From an uncultured Lachnospiraceae bacterium (lineage in GTDB: Bacteria; Bacillota; Clostridia; Lachnospirales; Lachnospiraceae), in the NCBI GenBank assembly GCA_947170415.1, contig CAMVTN010000001.1, forward strand, positions 4,357 to 68,356: 64,000 nucleotides of DNA. The letters run 5' to 3'. This document shows positions 39,500-50,388 of this stretch, piece after piece (within the stretch, counting starts at the first letter, position 1; each line of letters begins with the position of its first letter). The translations under genes were made by a program, and so were the position numbers. The notes under the pieces are model-generated. The model had not been told where the DNA came from. It saw nothing but the letters and a program-made list of their open reading frames with translations, and did no database searches.

Positions 39500-41017
39500 T
39501 TAATAGAACCTAACTTTTTTAACGAGTTCCATGAACTCTCTGTTATGTCTGGTACGCGCAAACAGGTCTATCAGCTTTTCTGCGGCATCATCTGACTTTA
39601 TGCCGTTAAGTGCCTTATGGATAATGTCAGTCGCTTCCTTTTCCTGATCTGAAAGCAGCAGATCATCTCGTCTTGTTCCGGATTTCTGCAGATCGATCGC
39701 AGGGAACACTCTCTTTTCCTGGAGTTTTCGGTTAAGTGCCATCTCCATGTTACCTGTTCCCTTAAATTCCTCATAAACTACATCATCCATTTTGCTGCCT
39801 GTTTCAACAAGAGCTGTAGCGAGGACTGTCAGCGATCCTCCCTCTCTCATATTTCTGGCAGCACCAAAGAATCTCTTTGGCATGTGAAGAGCAGCAGGGT
39901 CAAGACCACCTGACAAAGTTCTTCCTGATGGCGGTACAGTAAGGTTATATGCTCGTGAAAGTCTTGTAATGGAATCCAAAAGGATCATTACGTCCTTTTT
40001 ATGCTCAACAAGACGTCTTGCTCTTTCAATAACCATCTCTGAAACGCGCTTATGATGCTCTGGCAGCTCGTCAAATGTAGAATAAATAACTTCTACATTG
40101 CGCCCCTTAATGGACTCCTTCATATCCGTAACTTCCTCAGGTCTTTCATCAATAAGAAGAATTATGAGATGAATATCAGGATATGCATTCGTGACCGATT
40201 TTGCGATATTCTTAAGAAGCGTGGTCTTTCCGGCCTTGGGAGGAGCTACGATCATACCTCTCTGTCCCTTACCTACCGGACTTATGATATCCATCATACG
40301 CATCGCCACATTTGAATTACCTTTTTCGAGGTTTATACGCTCATTAGGGAATATGGGAGTCATGTCCTCGAAATTCATTCTTTTCTGCGCTTCTGACGGA
40401 TGGAACCCATTTATAGAACGTACAAAAAGCAAAGCAGAGAATTTTTCTCCCTGAGTTTTTACACGTGTGTTTCCAACGATCATATCGCCGGTCTTTAAGT
40501 TAAACCTGCGGATCTGACTCGGTGCGACATATACATCATTATCACCGGGAAGATAGTTTTCACTTCTTATAAATCCATATCCGTCAGCCATAACTTCGAG
40601 AATACCGCTGGCAACCTGACCGGAATCAAGAGATTCCTTGTCCATAGGGATATCTGTTGTCTCCGGCTGACGCTCCTGCGGGCGCTCTTGAGATGATCGT
40701 TCTCGATCCTGTACTCTTTCCTGTGTTCGATCCTGAGTACGTTCTCTTCTTACCTCACTACGTTCCGTACGCTCTGTCTTTCTCTCATGCACAGCTTCTT
40801 TTTCTGCCTTATCAGCCTTTTCCAAAGAAACAGTCCTTTCCCTCTGAACTGTTCTTTCTTTTGGCGCGGATTTTTCCTGCTCTCCACCCTTTTCAGCCTC
40901 AAGGCACAGACGATCAATGAGATCCGCTTTTTTCATAGTGGATATCCCCTTGATACCACGGGACTTTGCCAATTCTCTAAGCTGTACCAGTGGTAATGTC
41001 TGCAGCTTTTCTCTCAT
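39500..41017 (-). CDS. rho: Transcription termination factor Rho with N-terminal low-complexity insertion
   Basis: [31 protein letters not shown] and EEFKGTGN motifs. Confidence 0.98.
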   Translation of the reverse strand: MREKLQTLPLVQLRELAKSRGIKGISTMKKADLIDRLCLEAEKGGEQEKSAPKERTVQRERTVSLEKADKAEKEAVHERKTERTERSEVRRERTQDRTQERVQDRERSSQERPQERQPETTDIPMDKESLDSGQVASGILEVMADGYGFIRSENYLPGDNDVYVAPSQIRRFNLKTGDMIVGNTRVKTQGEKFSALLFVRSINGFHPSEAQKRMNFEDMTPIFPNERINLEKGNSNVAMRMMDIISPVGKGQRGMIVAPPKAGKTTLLKNIAKSVTNAYPDIHLIILLIDERPEEVTDMKESIKGRNVEVIYSTFDELPEHHKRVSEMVIERARRLVEHKKDVMILLDSITRLSRAYNLTVPPSGRTLSGGLDPAALHMPKRFFGAARNMREGGSLTVLATALVETGSKMDDVVYEEFKGTGNMEMALNRKLQEKRVFPAIDLQKSGTRRDDLLLSDQEKEATDIIHKALNGIKSDDAAEKLIDLFARTRHNREFMELVKKVRFY

Positions 41018-41430
41018 AAAAACCTCCGAATTGATTTATTTAAAATGCTCACGACCTATCTATAAAAGGAATAGCCTTAACCTTTATAGATACTGCACAT
41101 TTTTCATATTAATTTATTTCAGTGGATTATTTTCCCGAAAATAGAATTATGATAATGATTCGACATTCCAAAGGATTTCTCTATCAGTTTCCGACTTATA
41201 TATCGGTCACATTTCCTTATTATTTAAGTATTTCGTGTAATGATAATACTTTTAACAAGGAATTTTTTTGAGAAATAAGTGATCTGAATTTAGAACCGTG
41301 CACATTATACATCTTATATTAATAATGTGCAATGACATTAAGTTCAAAAAATCTTTAAAATTTGTACCGCGCAGACCGGTGTTCCATCACTCAGCCTGCG
41401 CGGTATCCCTCCAGATACTCTCCTGGTATT

Positions 41431-41691
41431 TTACCTTTCTGACAACTCTTTGATCTTCTTGTACTGCTTGTGACCAACGAGTGTTGACGCTCCTACGATC
41501 ACAGCTGCTACTATCGTAACGATAGGATCATAGTGACATTTCCAGAAAAATGCGATGACGATAAGTGCTATAACAAAGATGATAGTCACTGCATTATCCC
41601 ATTTACGCATTTTGGTATTTTTCTTCTCAGGATCTTCTCTGTCGTAATTATTATTGTTATTACTATTATTGATGTAATTAATATTATCCAT
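41431..41691 (-). CDS. Small 2-TM membrane protein with Asn-rich N-terminus
   Basis: 86-aa ORF with an AAGGAG SD and two hydrophobic segments. Confidence 0.7.
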   Translation of the reverse strand: MDNINYINNSNNNNNYDREDPEKKNTKMRKWDNAVTIIFVIALIVIAFFWKCHYDPIVTIVAAVIVGASTLVGHKQYKKIKELSER

Positions 41692-41710
41692 ACCGCTCCT
41701 TTCCTGAAAT

Positions 41711-41734
41711 CCGGCACCGTTTTACCGATGCCGG
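41711..41734 (-). terminator. Hairpin after the surface-protein gene
   Basis: CCGGCATCG...CGGTGCCGG stem on the minus strand, followed by a short ATTT. Confidence 0.5.
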
Positions 41735-41761
41735 TTCATTTTTATCGAAGAACTAAAATCC

Positions 41762-44700
41762 TCAGCTTTCCTGAGTATTCTCTGTCTCGTCATCATCCAA
41801 CTTCTTGATGAGGTGATGTCTTGCTCCGATACGGATCGTATTGTAAAGAGCATAGATCACAGTAAGAATTAATATCAGCCAGTGTATCCAGCATGCATCT
41901 TCTCTTACACCAAGTACATCAGATATGAGATCAGGTTCATCTCCGATATCATCCGGAGCTGTATCTGCTGATACTGCCGTAGGTTCGTCTCTGATACCAA
42001 GTACTTCACCATCGAGATCTAACAAACCGCCCGCTATTGCTGCCGGTGTCAAACCTCCAGCTGGTCCTGCGATAGTTCCAAGTACTCCAGGAAGCATATC
42101 TGCCATTGTAGGCGTGATAGCTAATGCAGGTGATCCCGGTGTTCCAGGTCCGCCAGGTGTTCCCGGAGTTGAAGGTGTAGACGGAGTATTTCCGCCACCA
42201 CCGCCACCTCGGCGTTTAATGGTCAGTATACCAGCCTTTGTTGCTACGCTATAGTCGCTTGTTCCTTCAAATGAAACGTTGATCGCATATGTACCAACTG
42301 CCTCACCTGATTCACGAGCAAGTGACCAGGTTACTTCGTTGTTGTAAATATGACCTGCTACCTCAGCCTCAAACGTAGGATCTGACTCACCCTTGGTCTT
42401 TGTGTAACTCTTAGCACTGATATTAACCTCTGCAGGAGTTACTGTAAGTGTTCCATAGTTATTTGTTATCTTGTAGTTTGATGTCTTAAATGTTCCACTA
42501 TTAGCAATAGAGAACGTATTCTGACTGCTTCCTACATGAGTCTGACTTCCTGCGAAGTTGACAGTAGGTTTCTGACCTGCTACCAGACGATCGATCTTTA
42601 CTTCACTTTCATTGGTAAGAGCTTTTCCGTCATATTCCTTTTTTGCTCCCTCAGATTTAGCTGTTGCAATTCTAGGAGTGATGCTTAACGGAATGTGGTA
42701 CGTAGGAATATTCTTGTAATTATCACTCTTAACCTTTGCGATGATTCCAACTTCTGTTACATCTGTGAAGGAAGGAAGATCCTTGTATAAGTACTCGCCT
42801 TCATCAACTGTCACTTCATCAATATTAGCTGATCTAAGGCTCCTTACTCTTGAACGTCCTGATTGCCGATCGTTATCACCCGTCTCGTCCTCTCTGCCTG
42901 CCTCATGTCCGTTTCCGCTTACGATACTGTAAACTACAATGTAGTCTTTTCCTTCCTCTCCTGCGATTCCGGTTACAGTTGCAGGCTTGATCTTCCAAGG
43001 CTCACCATTATACTCTGCGTCTACCGGCTCGCCTGTGATCCTTATGTTGTCGCCGCCTACCATATTGATCGTAAGTGTTCCACGGTTAACAGTTACTTCA
43101 AACTGTTCTGTAACATTTGTTCCATTTCCATCTGTTACGATCGCATTTCCGGAAATGATCGTATAATAAATACCTGCGTCCTTTCCGGATGCCTCGGCAG
43201 TTATTCCTGAAACATTATATGTTTCGCCGCCAATTTCAAATTCTGTCTTTTCAAAGCCTTCAACTGTCTGAATTTGTCCGGTATATGGAACTTCTTTGCT
43301 GTTTGCCGATACAGTGATCTTTCTCATATCACTGTCGATCATCATCCAGTGAACCCTACCGTTTACGTTCCAATGAGCAACTTCGTCACTCATCGAAAGT
43401 TTCTTGACCTCATACCAGTTAGGCTCTTCAAAATCTGCAACCCATGTAATTCCATTTACAACTGTCTGAAGTCTTATGAGTCCTCCGCCGTTATTCATCC
43501 AGTAAACAACACCATCTGACTCATATCTTCCGCTATCAATATATCTGCTGTTAAATACATAACTTTGGGTATCATCCTCATTATAAGAATCATACTGGTC
43601 TGTTATGTATTTTGCGATGTCGGCTGTTCCAATCCGGATCAGACTACCTGACGGATCACTGACAACTCTGTCTCCATCGTCTCCAGCTGCTTCAGCTGCT
43701 TCTTCTGCTGTCGGAATATTAACAAATGTAGTTGCATCAGTTACGTTTACGTCTGTATCAGGAGTATAGTGAGCAAATAATTCCTTGTTACCTGTTACAG
43801 GTGTACCGAAATCGTACTCGCTGCCTCCTTCAGCCTCTGTGTACCATCCACTAAATACGAAACCATTCTTTGAAATTGATGTATCCGGTTTGGATATTAC
43901 ATTTCCTTCGATTACAGTCTGTGGTAATACTTCCGATGGTACTGCCGGTGCGCCTCCCATTGTATTGAAGGAAACAGTGAACTCACGAGGATCGATCACA
44001 AGCTGTCCCGGAACATCTTCTACGTGGAACATTTCTGTATAGTTACCACCACTACTGCGTTCATTTATGATCAGCTTTCCTGTTCTCTGTGTATTGTAGG
44101 TTCCGGGCATTGTTCCCTTTGCCTCAACATTTATGCCACTGATGATATACTCCGAACCATCGATCGTGAAATATCCACTCGGCTCATAGCCGTTTACAGT
44201 CTGTTCAGTTTCGTTATAAACAGTTGTGAGACTGTTTCCTGAGATATAGATGGTCTTGATCGGACCAACCTTTTCCCATTCAACCTTTGCATCGATATGC
44301 CATGTGTGCTTATTATTGATATCTTTTGCTACATAGCAACTGATTGTTGACAGGTCTGTTCTCCAAAGAACTTTATTAATAACAGTTTCTACGTAAGTCT
44401 TATCACCAACTCTCTTTATCCAACATACATAACGATCTTCGTCTTTGAATTCAACCCTTCCATCTTCATAGAAGGCAATATCTTGAATGTTTTCATCGAG
44501 ATTAGGTCCAACATACTCTACATAATTCTCAGTCAGATAATTAGAAAGTTTTGCAGTACCGATCTTTAGATAATTCTTTATCGGATATCCATTTGCCGTA
44601 TTATTATTTTTTCGTTCTATATTTTTTTCAGTAGGAATATTCTTTCCCGGTACCAGGATATGGATCGTAGTATTTTTACTTACCGTCATATCCGGCTCGT

Positions 44701-47700
44701 AACCTGCAAAAAGTTCTATATCTTCGTTTACCGGATCACTGAAATCATATGGAATAGTGCAAGCCTTATCCTTGAACCATCCCTTACAGGTTAATCCTGC
44801 TTTGTGTGGCTTTGTACCCGGCTCAGTTGCTTTTTGTCCTTTACCTACAGTCTGTGATGCGATTGCAGGTGTTCCTCCCATTGTATTGAAGGATACCGTG
44901 AACTGGCTACGAAGAATCTCAAGTGTTCCATCTTGATATTCAAAATTGAACTTGTGAGTATGTTCATAACCGCTATTGCCCTTTACCTTAGGGTTCTTTG
45001 TCCATACTGTGTTATAGGATCCAACATCTGTTCCTGATGCCTTTGCCGTAACACTGCCTTTCTCCAGTCGATATGTCTGTTCACCGTAGCCATAATCTAC
45101 CTTGATTTCCCATCCGGCAACAAACTTGCCTTTTGCTTCCTTATATTCCAGTGTCTGTCCATCAAGGTATACATCAAATGTCTCAACAGACTGCTCTTCA
45201 CCGGTATAATCTTTTTGGGCGCTATTAGCACTTATGACAATCGTCTTAATTCCGTCAGCTACCTTTGTCCAGTCCGCCTCTGCATCAACATGATATTCTT
45301 GTCTCGCGCGAGCAGGTGTCTTGATTACATAACAATTCTTTATGTCATCAAGTGTAGTGATATCCGTCTGCCATAATTCAGTTTCACCATCGCCATCTGT
45401 GTCAATAGTTATTTGAGCGATAAGCCTATTGTTACCCATTTTGTTGATGGTATACGGAAGACGTTCTTTAGTTCCTCCATACTTGCCAGCACCCAAAGGA
45501 ACATATTTCGTTACATAATCCCTTACATCAGGTTCATTATAGGAGTCGTAGGTATCAGTGATATACTTTGAAACCGTTGAACCCTTATTTTTGTCCGCAA
45601 TGACTATATAATTTATTCTATCATTTGGTGCAACTATTTTTTCCTTAGGGTCACTTCTAAGAACTAGATACTCTTTTGCCTTTGATTTACCCGGAACAAG
45701 GATACCAACCTGAGTAGGAGTATTCTCTGATACTTCCTTGCTTGCCTCATAGTGAGCATAAAGGGTAATATCCTCCTCAACAGGTGTTTCGAAGTCATAC
45801 ACCTCGCCCGCTGCTGTGTACCAGTTGGTAAATTTCAAATACTGCTTTTCAGGTTTCCTTGCAGGTTCTGTTGCTTTTTCACCCTTTCCGATAACCTGCG
45901 GCTCGGGTACAGGACTTCCCTTAACTGCATCGAAAGATACCGTTACCTTGATCCTGCTCACATGAATAACAACTTCTGTATCCGATTCAACTGTTCCATT
46001 GATAGCATCAGGCTTCGAAGTACCAACAGTTCCTCCATTTACCTGATATCCTGAGTACTCATACGGATCAGCTACCTCAATGTCGGTAACAGAATACTTT
46101 GATCCTTTGGCTACTGTGATATCATTCGCGCTAACTTCGTCTTGTCCGTCAAACTTCAGCTTGTAGCTAACCGGAGAATCGCTGGTGATCTGTGTATTAG
46201 TGTCATCATTATAAACCTTGATCTTAAAGTTATATTCTTCGGTCCATCCTGCATAGAGAGTGAAGTCCTCAACTACCGGCTCGCTAAAATCATAAAGATC
46301 TGTTCCACCGTTGGTCTTGAACCATCCCTTAAAGTCAGCATTTTCCTTCTTCGGTTTACTAGGTTCAGAAACAGTTGCGTTATGTGATACTGTCTGGCTA
46401 GGTACAGGTGTGCCGCCATTTGATACGAAACTAACTGTATGAGTGGCAACTTTACTATTCCATACTGTCCATCCATCAATATGCCAGCCAACTGTTTTTA
46501 TATCACTATTTTCCTTCTTTGTTACATACCATGTAACTTCGTTCAGATCAGCTGTATAGACCATCTCACTAGTTTTAACAGTAATCTGATTTCCGGAGAT
46601 CTTTACATTATATTTAACATTGTTAACAGTTGCTGTCTTATCAAGTGAACTTACGAAAGTTCCAGGTTTTACATGTTCATCGAAATCACTATGATTTGTT
46701 CTGGTAAACTGTGTATAATTCTCAGTTACGAACTTATCAACACTTCCGGTTTTATCTTTACCAACCTTGATGAAACTTCTTACAGTCCGACCATTAGTAC
46801 CTGATGTCAGATCGTCATCAGCGTATGCCGATCCTTCATTATTTGCCCACGGTGCAACCAGATAAGTTGTTGCATCAACAGCTTTAGTTGTATCCGGATC
46901 CCAAAGAGCTGTAAGTGTGATGTCATCAGTGTATGTTCCTGCAGCTATCTCCATTACAGGCTTGCCATCACTTGAACCAAGTTCCTTCCAGCCTGCGAAT
47001 ACATGACCTTTTCTTGTCGGTGCCTTGAGAGTTATCTCATCCTCAACAGTAAATGTTTTCGGATTATCCGGATGATTAAATCCGTTCTCGCTAAGCGCAT
47101 ATTCAATATTGTAATTAATAGCGCTCGCTGAGATAGTTACTGTTTTGCCTTCCTTAGGAAGCTTAAATTCTCTTGCAGCATCTGACGGATCAAATACTAT
47201 TGAATTCGGATCGTATCCCGGCTTAACTTCTGCCGTTATCCTTATATTGTCATTTTTGTGATACTGGGTAACACCTGTCTTGCCGTTAACGTATACCGTA
47301 TGACTCCGGATACCTCTTCCATCATTTACAGTAAGAAGACTATCCTCTGCTATAGAAATAACTACTTCCAGATTCGAATTACCAAATGTAAATTCACCGT
47401 TTGTGAATTCACCGGTTTCATTATCTTTGTAACGAACTACCGCATCTTTGTATTTGTCCTTCAGTTTCGCAACGATTACAATCTTATCACCTTCATTAAA
47501 CCAGTGATTGTGATAGTTACTTAGCTTATCACCATTGAGGGTAACGATATCTTTGTCATCACTTGCTATATTTTCAGGATCATACTTTATCTTAAGTTTA
47601 TAACTACCCTTATTAGCCTTGCTCCACTGTGCCTCAAGTTCTTTATTTCCTGTGTCTGTGGAGGTGATTCCGGTTACAATTTCACCTGAACCCTTATCCT

Positions 47701-49783
47701 TCCAGCCATCAAATACATATGCATTCCTTGAAACAGATGTAGGATAATCGAATGAATCACCATAATGATATCTTCGAGGTGCATCTACTCCGCTGTCCAT
47801 TGTTCCGCCGTTATAGTCATAGTCGATCGTGTACTCTTCTGTTACGAAAGAAAGAGTAATGACTACATCATTATTTAATGTACCGGGAACAGGCGCATCA
47901 CCTGTAAGCTTATAACCAGTCTTCGGAACGATATTCTTTATCTCGTATGCTGTTCCATCTAAAAGACCTGACCAGGTATATGCTCCGGAAGTATCCTTTG
48001 TACTACCGAAATATACATCAAAAGAGGTAACATCACTTATATTAGTAGCTTCTACTCCATCAACTGTTGCCTTAATTGTGAGTGAATGTTTTGCTGCTGA
48101 CTTCCACTGTGCCTTTAATGTTACGTTCTCATCTGCGGTCGCAGTACTCTCATATGTTGCACCATCATCGTATTTGGTAGTTCCATCACTCCAACCATCA
48201 AACGCATATCCTTCAACAGCGTATGCATTAGCATTCAGATTTACCGGAGTCCCATAATAAACTTCCTGTGTTGACATTTCTCCGGTTGCTGTTTTTCCGT
48301 CAGGTGCATTTGGATCGAAAGTAATAGTTGTCTTAGGCGCTGTTAAAATAATAGGTTCATCTGTAAGATCAAGCTCTGTTTTTCCGTTTCCAAAAATGTT
48401 TTCAAAGAAATTTACAATTGCAGCAATAATTCTTTCAATAAATGTTCGGGAAAATCCTTCATTCCCCTCATAAGAACTATACCCCGCCTTGGAAGCCTGA
48501 ATATCTGTTAAATTTCCATCTTCATCATCATACGAAATAGTTGCAACACCAGATTCATTAGTCTTTCCGGTCTTTGGTGTTTCCTTATCTCCCAAAAACA
48601 GGATATACTTTTTCTGCTTAATATCAACTTTGGCATCAGCTATCGGATTACCTGATTGATCCTTTACCATCAACTTCAGGTTAATTTGACGACCAATAAT
48701 GCTGCTTACACTCGCTACCGCATACGATGAGAAATGTTTAGCATCAAACTCAACGCTGTCATCGCCATTCTGTTCAGAGCTTACCTTGCTTGCAGAATTT
48801 AAGCTGTCATCCAGATGATAAACCTCGAGTTTTTCACCATTATCAAGATCAAGGTTATCAAACTCTACGTGTACATCGCCCTTGCTTCTGTCAGGCTGGA
48901 TCTTCTTTCCATCGTGATAAACATTTATATCAAATGTGATGACATCTACAACCTGCTTACCGGATACATCTTTGATAGCATCCTTGATGTCTTCCTTATC
49001 ATTTCTGTCTGTAACCTTTTCTGCCTCAAAGTATGATCCCTTAGGGAATACACCTGCATCAGCATAGATATGGATGCGAACACCATCTACTACGATGGTC
49101 TCATCAAACTCTACATCCTCTTCCTCTTCTTCAGTAGGCTCGGCTTCTACCGGAAGATTATCTGTAGGATTCTGGATTGCGGGATCTGCTTCATCCGTCG
49201 GTGCTGCCTCCGTAGGCTGTTCTGCCTCACCCGGATCTGTCGGTGCTGTTGGATCCGCCGGCTGACTTGGATCTACCGGTGCTGCAGGATCTGTAGGCTG
49301 TGTTGGATCTACCGGTGCCGTTGGATCTGTAGGCTGACTCGGATCTACCGGTGCCGTTGGATCTGTAGGCTGACTCGGATCTACCGGTGCTGCAGGATCT
49401 GTAGGCTGACTCGGATCTACCGGCGCTGCTGGATCTGCAGGCGCAGAAGGATCCTGTTCACCACCATCGTCCTTCTGATCATCGTCATCATCATTATCGT
49501 TTTGACCCGAGTCATCCTGATCATCATCATCATGTGAATCATCGCCGGAATCCCCTCCATTGCCGGAGTCATCGTCGTCGTTAGAATCACCTGGATCAGG
49601 ATCGTTTTCTTTATCCCCAGAGTCTGTATCCGCATCACTGTCATCACCAGATTCAGAATTTACCATGATAGCTTCTTCTTCTCCGGCATTTACCGGAACA
49701 CTCCCATAACTTCCGGTAATTGCAGTGAGCGTGAGAACAGCTGCAAAAAACAGACTCAGCGTCCTCAACCTCATTCTCTTCAT
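41762..49783 (-). CDS. Very large cell-surface protein with InlB B-type repeats, MBG-like domains and a fourfold unknown domain
   Basis: Signal peptide, repeated F.GW...YDF..PV..D..L.A.W/Y units, KxYxG MBG-like units and a C-terminal TM. Start moved to ATG 49783 after GGAGG. Confidence 0.85.
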   Translation of the reverse strand: MKRMRLRTLSLFFAAVLTLTAITGSYGSVPVNAGEEEAIMVNSESGDDSDADTDSGDKENDPDPGDSNDDDDSGNGGDSGDDSHDDDDQDDSGQNDNDDDDDQKDDGGEQDPSAPADPAAPVDPSQPTDPAAPVDPSQPTDPTAPVDPSQPTDPTAPVDPTQPTDPAAPVDPSQPADPTAPTDPGEAEQPTEAAPTDEADPAIQNPTDNLPVEAEPTEEEEEDVEFDETIVVDGVRIHIYADAGVFPKGSYFEAEKVTDRNDKEDIKDAIKDVSGKQVVDVITFDINVYHDGKKIQPDRSKGDVHVEFDNLDLDNGEKLEVYHLDDSLNSASKVSSEQNGDDSVEFDAKHFSSYAVASVSSIIGRQINLKLMVKDQSGNPIADAKVDIKQKKYILFLGDKETPKTGKTNESGVATISYDDEDGNLTDIQASKAGYSSYEGNEGFSRTFIERIIAAIVNFFENIFGNGKTELDLTDEPIILTAPKTTITFDPNAPDGKTATGEMSTQEVYYGTPVNLNANAYAVEGYAFDGWSDGTTKYDDGATYESTATADENVTLKAQWKSAAKHSLTIKATVDGVEATNISDVTSFDVYFGSTKDTSGAYTWSGLLDGTAYEIKNIVPKTGYKLTGDAPVPGTLNNDVVITLSFVTEEYTIDYDYNGGTMDSGVDAPRRYHYGDSFDYPTSVSRNAYVFDGWKDKGSGEIVTGITSTDTGNKELEAQWSKANKGSYKLKIKYDPENIASDDKDIVTLNGDKLSNYHNHWFNEGDKIVIVAKLKDKYKDAVVRYKDNETGEFTNGEFTFGNSNLEVVISIAEDSLLTVNDGRGIRSHTVYVNGKTGVTQYHKNDNIRITAEVKPGYDPNSIVFDPSDAAREFKLPKEGKTVTISASAINYNIEYALSENGFNHPDNPKTFTVEDEITLKAPTRKGHVFAGWKELGSSDGKPVMEIAAGTYTDDITLTALWDPDTTKAVDATTYLVAPWANNEGSAYADDDLTSGTNGRTVRSFIKVGKDKTGSVDKFVTENYTQFTRTNHSDFDEHVKPGTFVSSLDKTATVNNVKYNVKISGNQITVKTSEMVYTADLNEVTWYVTKKENSDIKTVGWHIDGWTVWNSKVATHTVSFVSNGGTPVPSQTVSHNATVSEPSKPKKENADFKGWFKTNGGTDLYDFSEPVVEDFTLYAGWTEEYNFKIKVYNDDTNTQITSDSPVSYKLKFDGQDEVSANDITVAKGSKYSVTDIEVADPYEYSGYQVNGGTVGTSKPDAINGTVESDTEVVIHVSRIKVTVSFDAVKGSPVPEPQVIGKGEKATEPARKPEKQYLKFTNWYTAAGEVYDFETPVEEDITLYAHYEASKEVSENTPTQVGILVPGKSKAKEYLVLRSDPKEKIVAPNDRINYIVIADKNKGSTVSKYITDTYDSYNEPDVRDYVTKYVPLGAGKYGGTKERLPYTINKMGNNRLIAQITIDTDGDGETELWQTDITTLDDIKNCYVIKTPARARQEYHVDAEADWTKVADGIKTIVISANSAQKDYTGEEQSVETFDVYLDGQTLEYKEAKGKFVAGWEIKVDYGYGEQTYRLEKGSVTAKASGTDVGSYNTVWTKNPKVKGNSGYEHTHKFNFEYQDGTLEILRSQFTVSFNTMGGTPAIASQTVGKGQKATEPGTKPHKAGLTCKGWFKDKACTIPYDFSDPVNEDIELFAGYEPDMTVSKNTTIHILVPGKNIPTEKNIERKNNNTANGYPIKNYLKIGTAKLSNYLTENYVEYVGPNLDENIQDIAFYEDGRVEFKDEDRYVCWIKRVGDKTYVETVINKVLWRTDLSTISCYVAKDINNKHTWHIDAKVEWEKVGPIKTIYISGNSLTTVYNETEQTVNGYEPSGYFTIDGSEYIISGINVEAKGTMPGTYNTQRTGKLIINERSSGGNYTEMFHVEDVPGQLVIDPREFTVSFNTMGGAPAVPSEVLPQTVIEGNVISKPDTSISKNGFVFSGWYTEAEGGSEYDFGTPVTGNKELFAHYTPDTDVNVTDATTFVNIPTAEEAAEAAGDDGDRVVSDPSGSLIRIGTADIAKYITDQYDSYNEDDTQSYVFNSRYIDSGRYESDGVVYWMNNGGGLIRLQTVVNGITWVADFEEPNWYEVKKLSMSDEVAHWNVNGRVHWMMIDSDMRKITVSANSKEVPYTGQIQTVEGFEKTEFEIGGETYNVSGITAEASGKDAGIYYTIISGNAIVTDGNGTNVTEQFEVTVNRGTLTINMVGGDNIRITGEPVDAEYNGEPWKIKPATVTGIAGEEGKDYIVVYSIVSGNGHEAGREDETGDNDRQSGRSRVRSLRSANIDEVTVDEGEYLYKDLPSFTDVTEVGIIAKVKSDNYKNIPTYHIPLSITPRIATAKSEGAKKEYDGKALTNESEVKIDRLVAGQKPTVNFAGSQTHVGSSQNTFSIANSGTFKTSNYKITNNYGTLTVTPAEVNISAKSYTKTKGESDPTFEAEVAGHIYNNEVTWSLARESGEAVGTYAINVSFEGTSDYSVATKAGILTIKRRGGGGGGNTPSTPSTPGTPGGPGTPGSPALAITPTMADMLPGVLGTIAGPAGGLTPAAIAGGLLDLDGEVLGIRDEPTAVSADTAPDDIGDEPDLISDVLGVREDACWIHWLILILTVIYALYNTIRIGARHHLIKKLDDDETENTQES
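49233..49453. repeat. In-frame tandem repeat with 18-bp period and 36-bp higher-order unit, encoding DPxxPx
   Basis: GGATC recurs every 18 bp, 13 times; the protein reads (DPSQPTDPAAPV)n. Confidence 0.95.
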
Positions 49784-50311
49784 TTTTAAATCCTCCAGAT
49801 GGTGAGGCGCTACTCTCACCGGCCTGATCAGATCACTCCCGGGTCAGGAATGAACGATCTTGAATTCTCCTGTCTCCTTTCGCTTGAACTTTCCCTGTTC
49901 TGTAACTTCCCCTTAACGGTCCCTTACTGACATCCTTGTCATTAACAAATGCAACTCCCAATTTGCATTGTCTATCAGCGATATAAAATACATCCGAGCA
50001 TACACTCATATATTCTTCTGTAAAAATTTTAACAAATCACTTGCAAAGCAAAAAATAAATGTCGTAGTAATGACATTATTTGTCGAAAAATGCATCAAAT
50101 TTTGCACATTTTGTATGCTGTATACAATCCCGAATGTATTGTGAACTTTATGTGTTCATTATACTGTATTTTGTATCCGTTTAAGCACAATTTTGCCATT
50201 TCTTCGGCAAAAATTGTATTGTCATTATATTATTTAAATACAATTCAACATTCGATACATACAATGCAATTTCTAACTCAAAGTCATTCCAGCTAATTAT
50301 CCTATAAACCA

Positions 50312-50348
50312 AAAAAGAAGAAGGAATGATATTTAACACTCCTTCTTC
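50312..50348 (-). terminator. Terminator after rarA
   Basis: AGAAGAAGGA...TCCTTCTTCT stem followed by a T-tract on the minus strand. Confidence 0.7.
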
Positions 50349-50388
50349 TCTAATATATCGGCCTGTCTTTAATTTTCTCTAGCTATTT

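Noticed and set aside
39355-39561. 68-aa ORF after rho (and the 86-aa ORF at 6737-6997)
   Set aside because: Both run through repeat elements and overlap real genes out of frame; neither looks like a transposase fragment.
41646-41685. AAT/AAC tract as a phase-variation switch
   Set aside because: It is an imperfect trinucleotide tract, so slippage would keep the reading frame.
49233-49453. Regularly spaced repeat as a CRISPR array
   Set aside because: It has an 18-bp period, no unique spacers, lies in frame inside a CDS, and there are no cas genes.
49790-50000. c-di-GMP or c-di-AMP riboswitch before the surface-protein gene
   Set aside because: The leader is purine-rich with small hairpins, but I could not find the consensus motifs. 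An Rfam scan would settle it.
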